From: an uncultured Candidatus Entotheonella sp.
GTDB taxonomy: Bacteria > Tectomicrobia > Entotheonellia > Entotheonellales > Entotheonellaceae
Direction of reading: 5' to 3'
Assembly (NCBI GenBank): GCA_965215335.1
Contig: CBDCDA010000002.1
Span: 928,001 to 992,000 of the forward strand
Length of the DNA stretch: 64,000 bases
Part shown: positions 9,999 to 22,618 of the stretch, in pieces
Layout of the letters: each line of letters starts with the position of its first letter
How positions within the stretch are numbered: the stretch's first letter is position 1
The notes under the pieces: model-generated
What the model was told of the DNA's origin: nothing
The model's database searches: none
What the model saw: the letters and a program-made list of their open reading frames with translations, nothing else
Made by a program: the position numbers and the translations under genes

Positions 9999-11759
9999 CT
10001 AGCGAGGAATGACCGGCAGCAGGATGTGCGACGGGTAGCGTGAATCATGGAACACGGTCTGGTTCGCGGATTGGAACCGGCTGCTGGTTGCCTGGTCGTC
10101 GCCGGTGTTGAGGTTGCGGTCGAAGCGCGGGAAGTTGCTGGAGGAAATCTCCACCCGGATGCGGTGCCCCGGCAGGAACACGTGGCTGGTGGCCCACAGG
10201 TCGATGGTGAATTCGGTGACGGTATCGGGTTGCAGCAGGGTCGGGCGGGTGCGGGAGGTGCGGTAACGGCCACGGATGATGCCGTCCGCCAGATTGCGGG
10301 CGTAGCCGTCGGGTCGCACGTCCACCAATTTGGCGGTGAAGTCGGTATCCGGTGCGCTGGTGGCGGCGTAAAGCGTCACGGTAATGGGGCCGGTCACCTC
10401 CAACGGCGCGCTTAGCGGCTCGCCCGTGTAAACCAGAACGTCCTGGCGGGCTTCTACCGCGCGCTGGTCCTGCACGCCGACCGCGATGATCAGCGTATTG
10501 CCGCCGCGGGTCGGCACCGGATCATCGGGGTCGTACACGAACCGGTCTGGTGGTTCTCCGGTGGGTGCTGCCGGGTCCAGGCTGCCATCGCCGCCGGCGC
10601 TGTTGGCGTGCCCCTGGCTGTGAAAGTAATAAGGCGTGTAGCGGGTGCGCGCCAGCGGCCAATCGGCTTCGTCTCGCCAGGCGTTTTCTCCCATCACGAA
10701 CAGCTTCACCGGCGGTTCGCCGGTCATGCCCGTGTCAATGCCCTTCAGCCAATGATCGAACCAGCGCAGTTGCGTCTCCTGCAACTCGATTTTGGCGCTG
10801 TCGCCGAAGTCGATAGCGCCGGTGCCGCGCGAGGTGGGGGTGTTGTAAGGGAAGAGGTGCGCCCAGGGGCCGACGAGCAGCTTCTGGTGCCGGCGCGCCG
10901 TTTCGCCCATGGCGTGCTCGCGCAGGCCGCCGAACGCTGCCAGGCCGCCGCGCAGGAAGATGTCGTACCAGGAGGTGACGTGGTACATCGGGATGTTGAT
11001 GTTGTTCAACTGCCGTTCCAGGTTGACGGCCCACCAATAGGGGCCGTCGTCGGGGTGGCGCAGGTACTCGCCGAGGTAGCGGGCCACCGGCTTGAGCAGG
11101 TCGTCCCAATACGTCAGCGGCAGCCGACGGTAGGCTTCCTCCGTGAGGGGCTGGGCGAAGGGAATAACGGGAGCCGTGATTTCCCGTTCCAGGGCCGGCA
11201 GCAGCGATTCCGTCAGGCCTTGGCGGGCAAGCGAATCGCGGGCCATCAGGATGGCATAGGGAATCTGCCAGCCGAATTCGAAGGCGCCGCCGGTATGGTA
11301 GACCCAGCTTTGATGAAAATCGGCCGATGCGGAGACCGGGAATGCCGTTTTCAGGTGCGGCGGGCGGGTCGGCAGCAGCAGGTACTGCGTGGCGCCGAGG
11401 TAGGACTGGCCCATGGTGCCGACGTTGCCGTCCGACCAGGGCAGGGTGGCGGCCCATTCCACGGCGTCGTAGCCGTCCCGGGCTTCCCAGATGAGCGGGT
11501 AGTACTCGTCACCCTCGGAGGCGAAGCGGCCCCGCGTGTCCTGGTAGATCACCACGTAGCCGCGTTCCACGAAGTAATCGATGTCGCCGGGTCGTTGGCG
11601 CCCGTTCTTGTCGTACGGCAGGCGTGAGAGCAGCACGGGGAAGCGTCCGTCGGCGTCCGGGCGGTAGACGTCGGCACGCAGGGTGACGCCGTCGCGGGTT
11701 TGCAACGGCAGGTCCTTGTGGACGGCGACGCGGTATTGCGGCTGGCGGCTTTGGGCCAT
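9999..11759 (-). CDS. CocE/NonD family serine hydrolase
   Basis: TRDGVTLRADVYRP, DTRGRFASEG, GQSYLG nucleophile, GPWAH, SSNFPRFDRN. Confidence 0.93.
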   Translation of the reverse strand: MAQSRQPQYRVAVHKDLPLQTRDGVTLRADVYRPDADGRFPVLLSRLPYDKNGRQRPGDIDYFVERGYVVIYQDTRGRFASEGDEYYPLIWEARDGYDAVEWAATLPWSDGNVGTMGQSYLGATQYLLLPTRPPHLKTAFPVSASADFHQSWVYHTGGAFEFGWQIPYAILMARDSLARQGLTESLLPALEREITAPVIPFAQPLTEEAYRRLPLTYWDDLLKPVARYLGEYLRHPDDGPYWWAVNLERQLNNINIPMYHVTSWYDIFLRGGLAAFGGLREHAMGETARRHQKLLVGPWAHLFPYNTPTSRGTGAIDFGDSAKIELQETQLRWFDHWLKGIDTGMTGEPPVKLFVMGENAWRDEADWPLARTRYTPYYFHSQGHANSAGGDGSLDPAAPTGEPPDRFVYDPDDPVPTRGGNTLIIAVGVQDQRAVEARQDVLVYTGEPLSAPLEVTGPITVTLYAATSAPDTDFTAKLVDVRPDGYARNLADGIIRGRYRTSRTRPTLLQPDTVTEFTIDLWATSHVFLPGHRIRVEISSSNFPRFDRNLNTGDDQATSSRFQSANQTVFHDSRYPSHILLPVIPR

Positions 11760-11978
11760 GGATGCTTCCTCCATGCAGGAGCCTGGACGTTGGATGATGG
11801 GCAACGAGGGTAGATTCTTCAACTCCGTAATTCAAGTGGCTTGTCGGGGTTGCCGAGCCTGGCGTTCTGCGCCCGCAGGGGGCCGGTTGACACCGTCCGG
11901 TCCAGCGCGTAAGGTGCCCGCCGTTTCGCACTGCTGCAGTGCATGACGACCTACAGATTCGCCGAGAGGGGGCATGGC

Positions 11979-13100
11979 ATGAAGGGGCGGAAGAGCTTCA
12001 GGGTGACGGCGTTGCTGCTGGCATGTTTGATTATCGGCGGCGGCTGGATTTCCCGGGCGGCGGCCGAGAACCGCACCCAGCCGATCGTGTGGCGGCTGCA
12101 GAGCACCTGGCCGACGGGCAACCTGCTGCACAAGTCGATCCAGCGTCTCGCGGGAACGGTTGAGGAGATGTCCGGCGGACGGCTCAGATGGGAGGTCATG
12201 CCGGCGGGTGCCATCGTCGGGGCGTTCGAGGTTCTGGATGCCGTGCACCGGGGCCTCATCGATGCCGCGCATGCGTGGCCGGGTTACTGGTCGGGCAAGC
12301 ATCCTGCTGCCGGTCTGTACGGGCCGCCGCCCGGCGGTCCGTTCGGCCTCGGACGCGAAGAGTTCACGGCCTGGCTGTTCGCCGGTGAGGGCATGAGCCT
12401 GTACAACGAACTGTTGCAGAAGGAACTCGGCCTGGACGTCGTCGCCTTCTTCACCACCGGGTTGCCGTACTGGGAAGCGTTCGGGTGGGTGCGCAAGCCG
12501 TTCGCCAGCCTGGATGAATTGCGGCAGTTGAAATACCGCACCTCCGGCCTCGGGATGGAGATGATGCAGAACATGGGCGTATCGGTGGTGACGCTGCCCG
12601 GCGGCGAGGTGCTGCCGGCCCTGGAGCGCGGCGCCGTGGACGGGGCCGAGTGGGCCATTCCCAGTCACGATATCCTTATCGGCTTCCACAACGTCACGAA
12701 GTACTACTACATGCCCGACCTGCGGCAGCCGGCTTCGTTGCAGGACCTGCTTATCAACACCAGCGTCTGGGAGGCGCTGCCGGGCGACCTGAAGGCCATC
12801 GTCAAATCCGCTTGCCTGGCCGAAATCATCCGTATGGCGGCGGTCAGCGTCGATATGGAAAGCAAGGCGGTCGACGAACTGACCGGCAAGCACGGCGTGG
12901 AAATCATGCGGACGCCGGACGACGTGCTGAAGGCGGAGCTGGAGGCGATGGACGAGGTTTTCGAGGTGGAAGCCGCCAAGAATCCCTTCTTTGCCAGGGT
13001 ACTCGACTCGCAGCGTGCATTTGCCGAACGCGCTGTGCCGCACGCCCGGCGCCTGCGGCCCCCGATGGAGATCGTCGTACCGCATTATTGGGGCAAATAA
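11979..13100 (+). CDS. TRAP transporter substrate-binding protein (DctP/TakP-like)
   Basis: signal peptide, WRLQSTW, MSGGRL, PAGAIV, LPGGEVLPALERGAVDGAEW. Confidence 0.9.
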   Translation: MKGRKSFRVTALLLACLIIGGGWISRAAAENRTQPIVWRLQSTWPTGNLLHKSIQRLAGTVEEMSGGRLRWEVMPAGAIVGAFEVLDAVHRGLIDAAHAWPGYWSGKHPAAGLYGPPPGGPFGLGREEFTAWLFAGEGMSLYNELLQKELGLDVVAFFTTGLPYWEAFGWVRKPFASLDELRQLKYRTSGLGMEMMQNMGVSVVTLPGGEVLPALERGAVDGAEWAIPSHDILIGFHNVTKYYYMPDLRQPASLQDLLINTSVWEALPGDLKAIVKSACLAEIIRMAAVSVDMESKAVDELTGKHGVEIMRTPDDVLKAELEAMDEVFEVEAAKNPFFARVLDSQRAFAERAVPHARRLRPPMEIVVPHYWGK

Positions 13101-13191
13101 GCGGGACCGTCTGCTGGCGGACGATTGAGGGTACGGGTCCTCTTTCAAGAAAAAGGAACGGCATGGGCCATTTTCCGGCTCCTGCCCCCGC

Positions 13192-13623
13192 TTATTCCGA
13201 GCCCCGCTCGCAATCCCCATTGCTATCCCGCATGGCGTTCGCTCCGGTCGGCGTGAAGTCCGCCTGTTCCTGCCGTCCCGCCGGGTACTGGGGATCCTCG
13301 GGAAACGATCCCTGAATCGTTGCCAGCACCATGGCGTCGTGGCCATCATTGCCCGGTGTGGTGACCTCGTAGGACCCGAAGATGCGGATCGTCGTCGAGT
13401 ACGGCGCCATGCCGATGTAGAAAATCCACTCGAACTGCTTGTCCGCCTCGTAGATGGCCTGCATTCGCATCGAGCGGCTGTAGCGGCACATCCAGCTTCC
13501 GACCAGCCATTTCTGTAAATCCGCTGTCAATTCAGGGTCGGCGTCGTCCGCGCGCGCCGGGGAGGGTGTCGCTGTCAGGCTCGCGAACATGGCCAGGATC
13601 ATCACCAGGACGAACAAGCGCAT
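13192..13623 (-). CDS. secreted protein of unknown function
   Basis: 3' end of the long shadow ORF 13192..15627; GAGGAG then MRLFVLVMILAMFASLTATPSPARA signal peptide; 143 aa. Confidence 0.65.
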   Translation of the reverse strand: MRLFVLVMILAMFASLTATPSPARADDADPELTADLQKWLVGSWMCRYSRSMRMQAIYEADKQFEWIFYIGMAPYSTTIRIFGSYEVTTPGNDGHDAMVLATIQGSFPEDPQYPAGRQEQADFTPTGANAMRDSNGDCERGSE

Positions 13624-13896
13624 ACGTTTCTCCTCAAAAGCGGGTAGGTCCGTGCGACGGGATGGGTTCATCGGGCTACTGGCGGGCATTATATCCGTAC
13701 ACCCCGCGAAAGTAACGGATCTGAGCCGCCCGCTGAGAAAGCTGCCACAATGGTTCCCGGCCGCTGGCCGAGAGTACGATTTGGGGTTGACACTTCCGGC
13801 GTGTCTCCATAACATTGCCGCCCTTCCAGGATTGGGCCATGCCAAGGTCACGGCAAGGCATACTGCAATTTTCCGAACCCGATAAAGGAGCAGGCC

Positions 13897-15603
13897 ATGA
13901 ACCGCATTCGGATGAAGCTCACAGGCGTGGGTGTCGCGTTGGCGCTCTGCTTGATGGGAACTACCGCATGGGTGAGTGCCCAGGCGAATGACCAAGCGGT
14001 GACGGATTCGATGTTGCTGTCCGATCCCGCAGCATCTTGGCTGCACACCAACGGCAATCTTGCCGGACACCGCTACAGCGTGCTTACGCAATTGAACACG
14101 TCCAATGCCGATCAACTCAACGTCGCGTGGATTTTCTCGCCGGGCGGCAAGACTGATGCCCAGAATACGCCGCTGTACCACGACGGCATGGTGTATTTTG
14201 CGCAGGACAACACGGTCTTCGCGATTGACGCCCGTTCCGGTCAGCGCGTGTGGAAGTACGTGCACGAGCTGCCCGAGACGTTCGGCGGCTACAACGTCGA
14301 CTTCATCACCGGAAAACACCGCGGCGTCGCCATCTACGGCGACTATATCTATTTCCTGTCCAACGACACCAAGCTGCACGCCATTCATCACAAGACGGGC
14401 GAGCAGAAGTTCGTCAAACAGTACCTGCATTATCCCGAGGCTTTCGACAAAGCCGAGGATGGGGATTCCAATGGCTATGCCACCACCGTTGGTCCCACGG
14501 CCATTCCCGGTGGCCAGATTATCGTTCCCCTCAACGCCACGGACTTCGGTGGCCTGCCGGGCTTCGTTTATGGCGTCAACCCTGAAGACGGTGAAGTCCT
14601 CTGGGAATGCAACATGATTCCCGGTCCCGGCGAACCCGGCTATGAAAGCTGGCCTGGCGACAGCGCCGAGTACGGCGGCGCTGGTCCCTGGATAAGCGGC
14701 TCCTGGGATCCTGATCTGAAGATGTATTACACCGGTACGGCCAATGCCTATCCGTGGAATCCCAAGGACCGTGGCGAGGGCTTGATGGACAACCTCGGCG
14801 CTGCCAGCGTGGTGGCCTGCAATACCGACACCGGCCAGGCAGCGTGGCGCTACGTGGCGGTTCCCGGCGACCCGTGGGACTTCGACATACCGCAGACACC
14901 GATGATCATCACCGTTGATGGTCGCAAGACGATCGTGCATCCGAACAAGGTCGGCTTCATCCACTACCTGGATGCGGCGACCGGCCAGTTCTTGCGCGCC
15001 CCGGCGTTTGTCGACCGGTTGAACTGGATCGACGGCTATGACGTGGAAGGCCGCCCGATAAACCAGTTGCCCTTGCCGATCGAGGGCGGTGAGGCGGTCG
15101 AGGTGTGGCCGAGCCTGTTCGGCGGTGTGAACATGTATCCGAATGCCTACAATCCGCTGACCGGGAACCTGTATCTGGCGGCGACGAATGCGGGCATGCT
15201 GTACAAGTTCGAAGAGATCAAGGTCATCAGCAACGTGCGTCACTTCGGTGCCTCGGTGGAGTTCATCTGGGGTTACGAGGTGGAACTGGCGATTGACGTA
15301 GAGTCCGGCGCCGAGGTATGGCGTGATCAGAAGGGCAAGTGGGGGTATGCGGGCGGCATGCTGACGACGGCCGGCAATCTGGTGTTCTACACCAGCCAGG
15401 CGGGCGTCTTCCATGCCACGAATGCCACCACGGGCGAGATTCTCTACACCTTCAACCTCGGTGTGACGCCGAAGTCCGGCCCCATCACCTACATGCTGGA
15501 CGGCAAGCAGTACGTCGTGCAGCCGGTGGGCGGTGTGCCGGGCTGGGGTTACGAAGAGCATAACCTGGACCACGGCAGCATGGTGGTGGCGTTCAGTCGC
15601 TGA
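13897..15603 (+). CDS. PQQ-dependent dehydrogenase (alcohol dehydrogenase-like beta-propeller)
   Basis: signal peptide, RYSVLTQLN, AxDxxTGxxxW Trp-docking repeats, GTAN, WDFD, PITYMLDGKQYV. Confidence 0.9.
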   Translation: MNRIRMKLTGVGVALALCLMGTTAWVSAQANDQAVTDSMLLSDPAASWLHTNGNLAGHRYSVLTQLNTSNADQLNVAWIFSPGGKTDAQNTPLYHDGMVYFAQDNTVFAIDARSGQRVWKYVHELPETFGGYNVDFITGKHRGVAIYGDYIYFLSNDTKLHAIHHKTGEQKFVKQYLHYPEAFDKAEDGDSNGYATTVGPTAIPGGQIIVPLNATDFGGLPGFVYGVNPEDGEVLWECNMIPGPGEPGYESWPGDSAEYGGAGPWISGSWDPDLKMYYTGTANAYPWNPKDRGEGLMDNLGAASVVACNTDTGQAAWRYVAVPGDPWDFDIPQTPMIITVDGRKTIVHPNKVGFIHYLDAATGQFLRAPAFVDRLNWIDGYDVEGRPINQLPLPIEGGEAVEVWPSLFGGVNMYPNAYNPLTGNLYLAATNAGMLYKFEEIKVISNVRHFGASVEFIWGYEVELAIDVESGAEVWRDQKGKWGYAGGMLTTAGNLVFYTSQAGVFHATNATTGEILYTFNLGVTPKSGPITYMLDGKQYVVQPVGGVPGWGYEEHNLDHGSMVVAFSR

Positions 15604-15688
15604 TCTCCGTAGTGAAAAGGGGGCCAAGGCATGTACGATTGTCGCACGTGCCTTGGTTCGTTATGGAGAGAGAAGCAAGGACGTGACA

Positions 15689-16120
15689 ATGAGGCGTGTG
15701 GATCGATTGATATGGGTGTTCATCATAATCGCAAGTTGCATGGCATTGGACGACGGACGCACGTTGCAAGGCTTGGTGCACGCCGAGTCGGAGATGCCTG
15801 CGACCAATCCCTTTTCCGGAGATGAGAAGGCGATTGGAGAAGGCAGGTCCTGGTTTCTGGCTGTGTGCGCCCCCTGTCACGGCCCACGCGCCAACGGCGC
15901 AGCCGAGCGGGGTCCAAGCGGTGCTGATTTGCGGACCTTCAACAGGGGTTTTGAGCAGTATGTCCACATCGTCAAGAATGGCCGCGAAACGGGCCGTATC
16001 GGCAAGATGCCCCGTTGGGGTGGCGTGTTATCCGATGAGTTGATATTCCAAATCGGCGCGTTCCTCGAAACTCTGGCAATAGAGGGCGCTTATTGGGGAG
16101 AATCCAAGACCAAGCCTTGA
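15689..16120 (+). CDS. c-type cytochrome, likely electron acceptor of the PQQ dehydrogenase
   Basis: CAPCH haem motif, NPFSGD, distal MP, N-terminal hydrophobic segment. Confidence 0.85.
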   Translation: MRRVDRLIWVFIIIASCMALDDGRTLQGLVHAESEMPATNPFSGDEKAIGEGRSWFLAVCAPCHGPRANGAAERGPSGADLRTFNRGFEQYVHIVKNGRETGRIGKMPRWGGVLSDELIFQIGAFLETLAIEGAYWGESKTKP

Positions 16121-16498
16121 CGACGCGGTGAATGGCGCTTGCCGGGGCGGTGTCCGGCAGAATTTGCTCTCCTTGCTGCATGTCAGTCCCCCCGCCAGCG
16201 GGTCAGATCTTGGTTGACACGTTATACCCCCCTTCCTCATACGCCCCTCCCTTCCAAGAGCGTGCATTGTCAACGCAGGACATACAGCTAAGTTCCAGGA
16301 GCCGATTAGGTATCGTCGTTGCGCTATGCATGGCAGGCGGCGTCGGATAGGTACGGGCTCAGGGAGCAGAAGGACGGTAAGGGGTCACGGACTCGATGCT
16401 GGCATCCCCGCCGCCGGCCTCCTGGCTGCATGGCAGTGTTCCCGGCCTCGGCGAGCCCGGCTACGATTCCCGGCCCGGTGACAGAGGAAGGGAATCGA

Positions 16499-16530
16499 GG
16501 CGCTCGCAGGCGACTGCGGGCGCCTTTTTT
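16499..16530 (+). terminator. rho-independent terminator
   Basis: GGCGCTCGCAG-GCGA-CTGCGGGCGCC stem-loop followed by T6. Confidence 0.6.
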
Positions 16531-16574
16531 GTCTTGCCATGAAGGACAGGCCGGGATGAGGGCGCGCCAAGAGG

Positions 16575-16647
<73 letters not shown>

Positions 16648-16718
16648 ATGGGAGAGGCGTTATTCCGGCCGCCCCGGCGTGGGTGGTGCCGGGGACGGAG
16701 ACACGGAAACGCCGCGGC

Positions 16719-16949
16719 TCATACGGATTGCAGGCTGGAGATGGCGTCGAAAATCTCGTCATGTTCGGGGAACCGGAAGGTCTTGAGCTTGGAGAAGATC
16801 AGCTTGCCGTCCACCCGGACTTCAAAGGCGCCGCCGCTGCTCTCGATCAGGGTGGCTACGTGGTCGAATTTGTCTTTGATCGCGCTCTGCAAACTTGCAG
16901 CATCGGGCAAGTAGTTTCATTCACCGCAGTATTCGATAGAAATGTCCAT
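16719..16949 (-). CDS. SelW/SelT/Rdx-family selenoprotein (CxxU)
   Basis: GGAGG, ATG 16949, MDISIEYCGE-TGA(16919-16917)-NYLPDAASL...GGAFEVRVDGKLIFSKLKTFRFP; stem-loop directly after UGA. Confidence 0.88.
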
Positions 16950-17038
16950 GCCGGACCTCCTCAGCAGAAACCGATTGTCGTGTCGAGTAGCGAGGGATGG
17001 GATTCTAGTCATTTCGCCGGGCAGCGTCAAGCGGTTCA

Positions 17039-18487
17039 CTAAGCTGATCCCGAACGCTGCTTGGCTCTCGGCGGGCGGTAGACATGGGTGCTCTGACCGA
17101 AGAAGACATCCGCAGCTTCCATGAGGCTTTCGGAAAGTGTGGGGTGGGGATGGATGCTGAGTGACAAGTCGGACGCCAGGGCGGCCATTTCGACGGCCAG
17201 CACGCCCTCAGCGATCAGCTCTCCCGCGCCGCTGCCGGCGATGCCGACACCGAGGACGCGTTGGGTTCCGGGGTCGATGACCAGCTTGGTGACACCGTCG
17301 CTGTGGCCAAGCGTCAGGGCGCGGCCCGAGGCGGCCCAGGGAAAGCGGGCGATGGTGACGTCACGCTGCTGCTGTTCGGCCTGAGTTTCGGTGAGGCCGC
17401 ACCAGGCGACTTCGGGATCGGTGAACACGACGGCGGGAATGGCTTGCGGCTCGAACGCCGTTTTCTGGCCGGCGATGGCCGCCGCGGCGACGCGGCCCTC
17501 ATGGGCTGCCTTGTGGGCCAGCATGGGTTCGCCGGCAAGGTCGCCGATGGCATAGATCGCGGGCTCGTGGGTACGGCGCTGCGGGTCGACCTGCACAAAG
17601 CCGCGTGTGTCCAGGGCGACGCGGGTGTTCTCCAGCCCCAGCCCGTCGGTCTGCGGGCGGCGTCCTGCCGCAATGAGGACCTTGTCATACACCTGCTCCG
17701 GTTGCGTGGCACCGGCACCTTCGAATTTGACATGGATACCGTCCGGCTCTTCCTGTAACGCCGTGGCGGTTGTCGCCAGCATGACGGCGGCGAACCGTTG
17801 TTGCAAAGGCCGGCTGAGCACCCGCACCAGATCGCGGTCGACGCCGGGAAGCAGGCCCGAGGTCATTTCTGCGACGGAAACCTGACTGCCCAGCGCCGCA
17901 TACACCGAGCCCAGTTCCAGACCGATGTAACCCCCGCCGATGACGAGCAGTCTCTCCGGGATATCGGGCAGAGCGAGTGCGGCGGTGGAATCGAGGATGC
18001 GGGGCGAATCGACGGCAAGGTTCGGCGGGGCGGTGGGGCAAGAGCCGGTCGCCAGGATGGCGTGCTCGAATGCCACTGTCTCCTCGGTTCCCGATGGCGT
18101 GCGTACAGAGAGGGTATTCGCGTCGCGAAAGGCGGCGCGGCCCTGCACGAAGGCCACCTTGCGGCGCTGGCACAGGTCGCCGAGTCCGCCGGTGAGCTTG
18201 CCGACGACGCCTTCCTTCCACGTCCGCAGGGCGTCGACATCTATCTGCGGGTCGCCAAACGTCACGCCCCAGTCACCAGCCTGGCGCGCCTCGCCGATCA
18301 CCTTGGCAACGTGCAACAGGGCTTTGGAGGGGATGCAGCCTCGATAGAGACAAACGCCGCCGGGGTTGGGTGCGGTGTCGACAAGGACGATTTGCAGGCC
18401 GAGGTCGGCTGCCAGGAAGGCCGCGGCATAGCCGCCGGGGCCGCCGCCGATGATCGCGACTTGCGTGCTGCGCGGCGCCGTCGCCAT
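17039..18487 (-). CDS. lpdA: dihydrolipoyl dehydrogenase (E3)
   Basis: GGGPGGY, GGVCLYRGCIPSKALL redox disulfide, HPHPTLSE. Confidence 0.96.
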   Translation of the reverse strand: MATAPRSTQVAIIGGGPGGYAAAFLAADLGLQIVLVDTAPNPGGVCLYRGCIPSKALLHVAKVIGEARQAGDWGVTFGDPQIDVDALRTWKEGVVGKLTGGLGDLCQRRKVAFVQGRAAFRDANTLSVRTPSGTEETVAFEHAILATGSCPTAPPNLAVDSPRILDSTAALALPDIPERLLVIGGGYIGLELGSVYAALGSQVSVAEMTSGLLPGVDRDLVRVLSRPLQQRFAAVMLATTATALQEEPDGIHVKFEGAGATQPEQVYDKVLIAAGRRPQTDGLGLENTRVALDTRGFVQVDPQRRTHEPAIYAIGDLAGEPMLAHKAAHEGRVAAAAIAGQKTAFEPQAIPAVVFTDPEVAWCGLTETQAEQQQRDVTIARFPWAASGRALTLGHSDGVTKLVIDPGTQRVLGVGIAGSGAGELIAEGVLAVEMAALASDLSLSIHPHPTLSESLMEAADVFFGQSTHVYRPPRAKQRSGSA

Positions 18488-18490
18488 GTC

Positions 18491-19789
18491 TCAACCTTCC
18501 AGGCTGAGCAGGAAGGGTTGCGACAAGGCTTCCACCACCCAGCGGAGAAAACGGGCGCCATCGGCGCCGTCGATCAGGCGGTGGTCATACGACAGGCTGA
18601 GCGGCAGCATCAGGCGCGGCACGAACTGGCCGTCCGTGCAGACGGGCTCGATGCGGCTGCGCGCCATGCCGAGAATGGCCACTTCCGGGGCGTTGAGGAT
18701 GGGCGAGAAGCCGATGCCGCCGATACCGCCCAGGTTGGTGAGGGTAAAGGTACCACCCTGCATTTCCTCCAGGCTGGTCTTGCGGCTGCGGGCGCGCTCG
18801 GCGAGTTCGGTCAATTCGACCGCGAGGGCGATGATGTTCTTCCTCTCCACGTCACGAATGACGGGGACCAGCAGGCCGCGATCGGTGTCCACCGCCACGC
18901 CGACGTGATAATACTTCTTGTAAATGATTTCATGGGTTGCCATGTCGACGCTGGCGTTGAACTGCGGGAACCGTTTGAGGGCGGCGGCGACCACTTTGAG
19001 CGCAATGGCCGTGAGGGTGAGCCTGCCGCCCGCCGCAACGGCTTTGGGGGCGTATTGCTGCCGCAACTGCTCGAGCTCGGTGATGTCGGCCTGATCGTAT
19101 TGCGTAACTTGCGGCACGGTGGCCCAGGTGCGCGCCATTTGGTCGGCGGTGAGGCGGCGCACGTTGCTCATTGGCCGCCGCTCGATCTCGCCCCAGCGGC
19201 TGAAATCCGGTAGGGACACGACAGCCGGCGCGGCGGCTGCCGGCGCTGTACCGGATTTATCGGATGGACGAGTCCGGGCGTAGCGTTTGACATCTTCCGC
19301 GGACACACGCCCGCCGGGTCCCGAGCCGGGAACCTCATGGATATCGACACCGATTTCACGGGCCAACCGCCGTACCGATGGTGCTGCCGGTGCACCCGGA
19401 CGGGTTTTCCGAGCCATTGACGGCGGTGGCGTTACAGGCGCGGCAACAGACCTTGCAACTGCTGCGGGCGGCGCAGCAGGCTCCGGTTCTGCCGCTATCG
19501 GTGGTTCGGCCGTCGGATGAGCATCATTCGTCTTCGCCGATGCCGCCCCGTCGGTCTCCAGCGTCACGATCACCTGCCCCACCGCTGCCTTGTCACCCGG
19601 CGCGACATGAATCGCCGTTACCGAGCCGCTGACCGGCGACGGCACATCGACCACCGCCTTATCGGTCTCAATCTCCAGTACCGACTGCTCGGCGGCGACC
19701 CGTTCACCCACCGCGACCAACACCTGCACGACGTCCCCCGATTCGATATTCTCACCGAGTTCAGGAAGAGCAAACGCAAACGTTGCCAT
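18491..19789 (-). CDS. aceF: pyruvate dehydrogenase E2 dihydrolipoyl acetyltransferase
   Basis: lipoyl ETDKA, E3-binding PSVRRLAREIG, catalytic DHRLIDGA. Confidence 0.92.
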   Translation of the reverse strand: MATFAFALPELGENIESGDVVQVLVAVGERVAAEQSVLEIETDKAVVDVPSPVSGSVTAIHVAPGDKAAVGQVIVTLETDGAASAKTNDAHPTAEPPIAAEPEPAAPPAAVARSVAAPVTPPPSMARKTRPGAPAAPSVRRLAREIGVDIHEVPGSGPGGRVSAEDVKRYARTRPSDKSGTAPAAAAPAVVSLPDFSRWGEIERRPMSNVRRLTADQMARTWATVPQVTQYDQADITELEQLRQQYAPKAVAAGGRLTLTAIALKVVAAALKRFPQFNASVDMATHEIIYKKYYHVGVAVDTDRGLLVPVIRDVERKNIIALAVELTELAERARSRKTSLEEMQGGTFTLTNLGGIGGIGFSPILNAPEVAILGMARSRIEPVCTDGQFVPRLMLPLSLSYDHRLIDGADGARFLRWVVEALSQPFLLSLEG

Positions 19790-19851
19790 ATCCCTTTATT
19801 TCCATGTCTTTGCGGCCGGGATTTTGGGGCGTACGGGTCGATGGGCGGGAA

Positions 19852-22554
<2,703 letters not shown>

Positions 22555-22618
22555 TCCGTTTGGCTTCGGGGTGGCTGAAATGGAAGCCAGCGGGCGGATT
22601 ACGCTGCGCTCATCCGTC

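Noticed and set aside
16400..16500. Cobalamin riboswitch (AGCCAGGAGGCCGGC on the minus strand resembles the B12 box)
   Set aside because: Upstream conserved elements (GGGAA..GGTG.AA.TCC, GCCCCCGCAACTGT) are missing and no suitable downstream gene follows.
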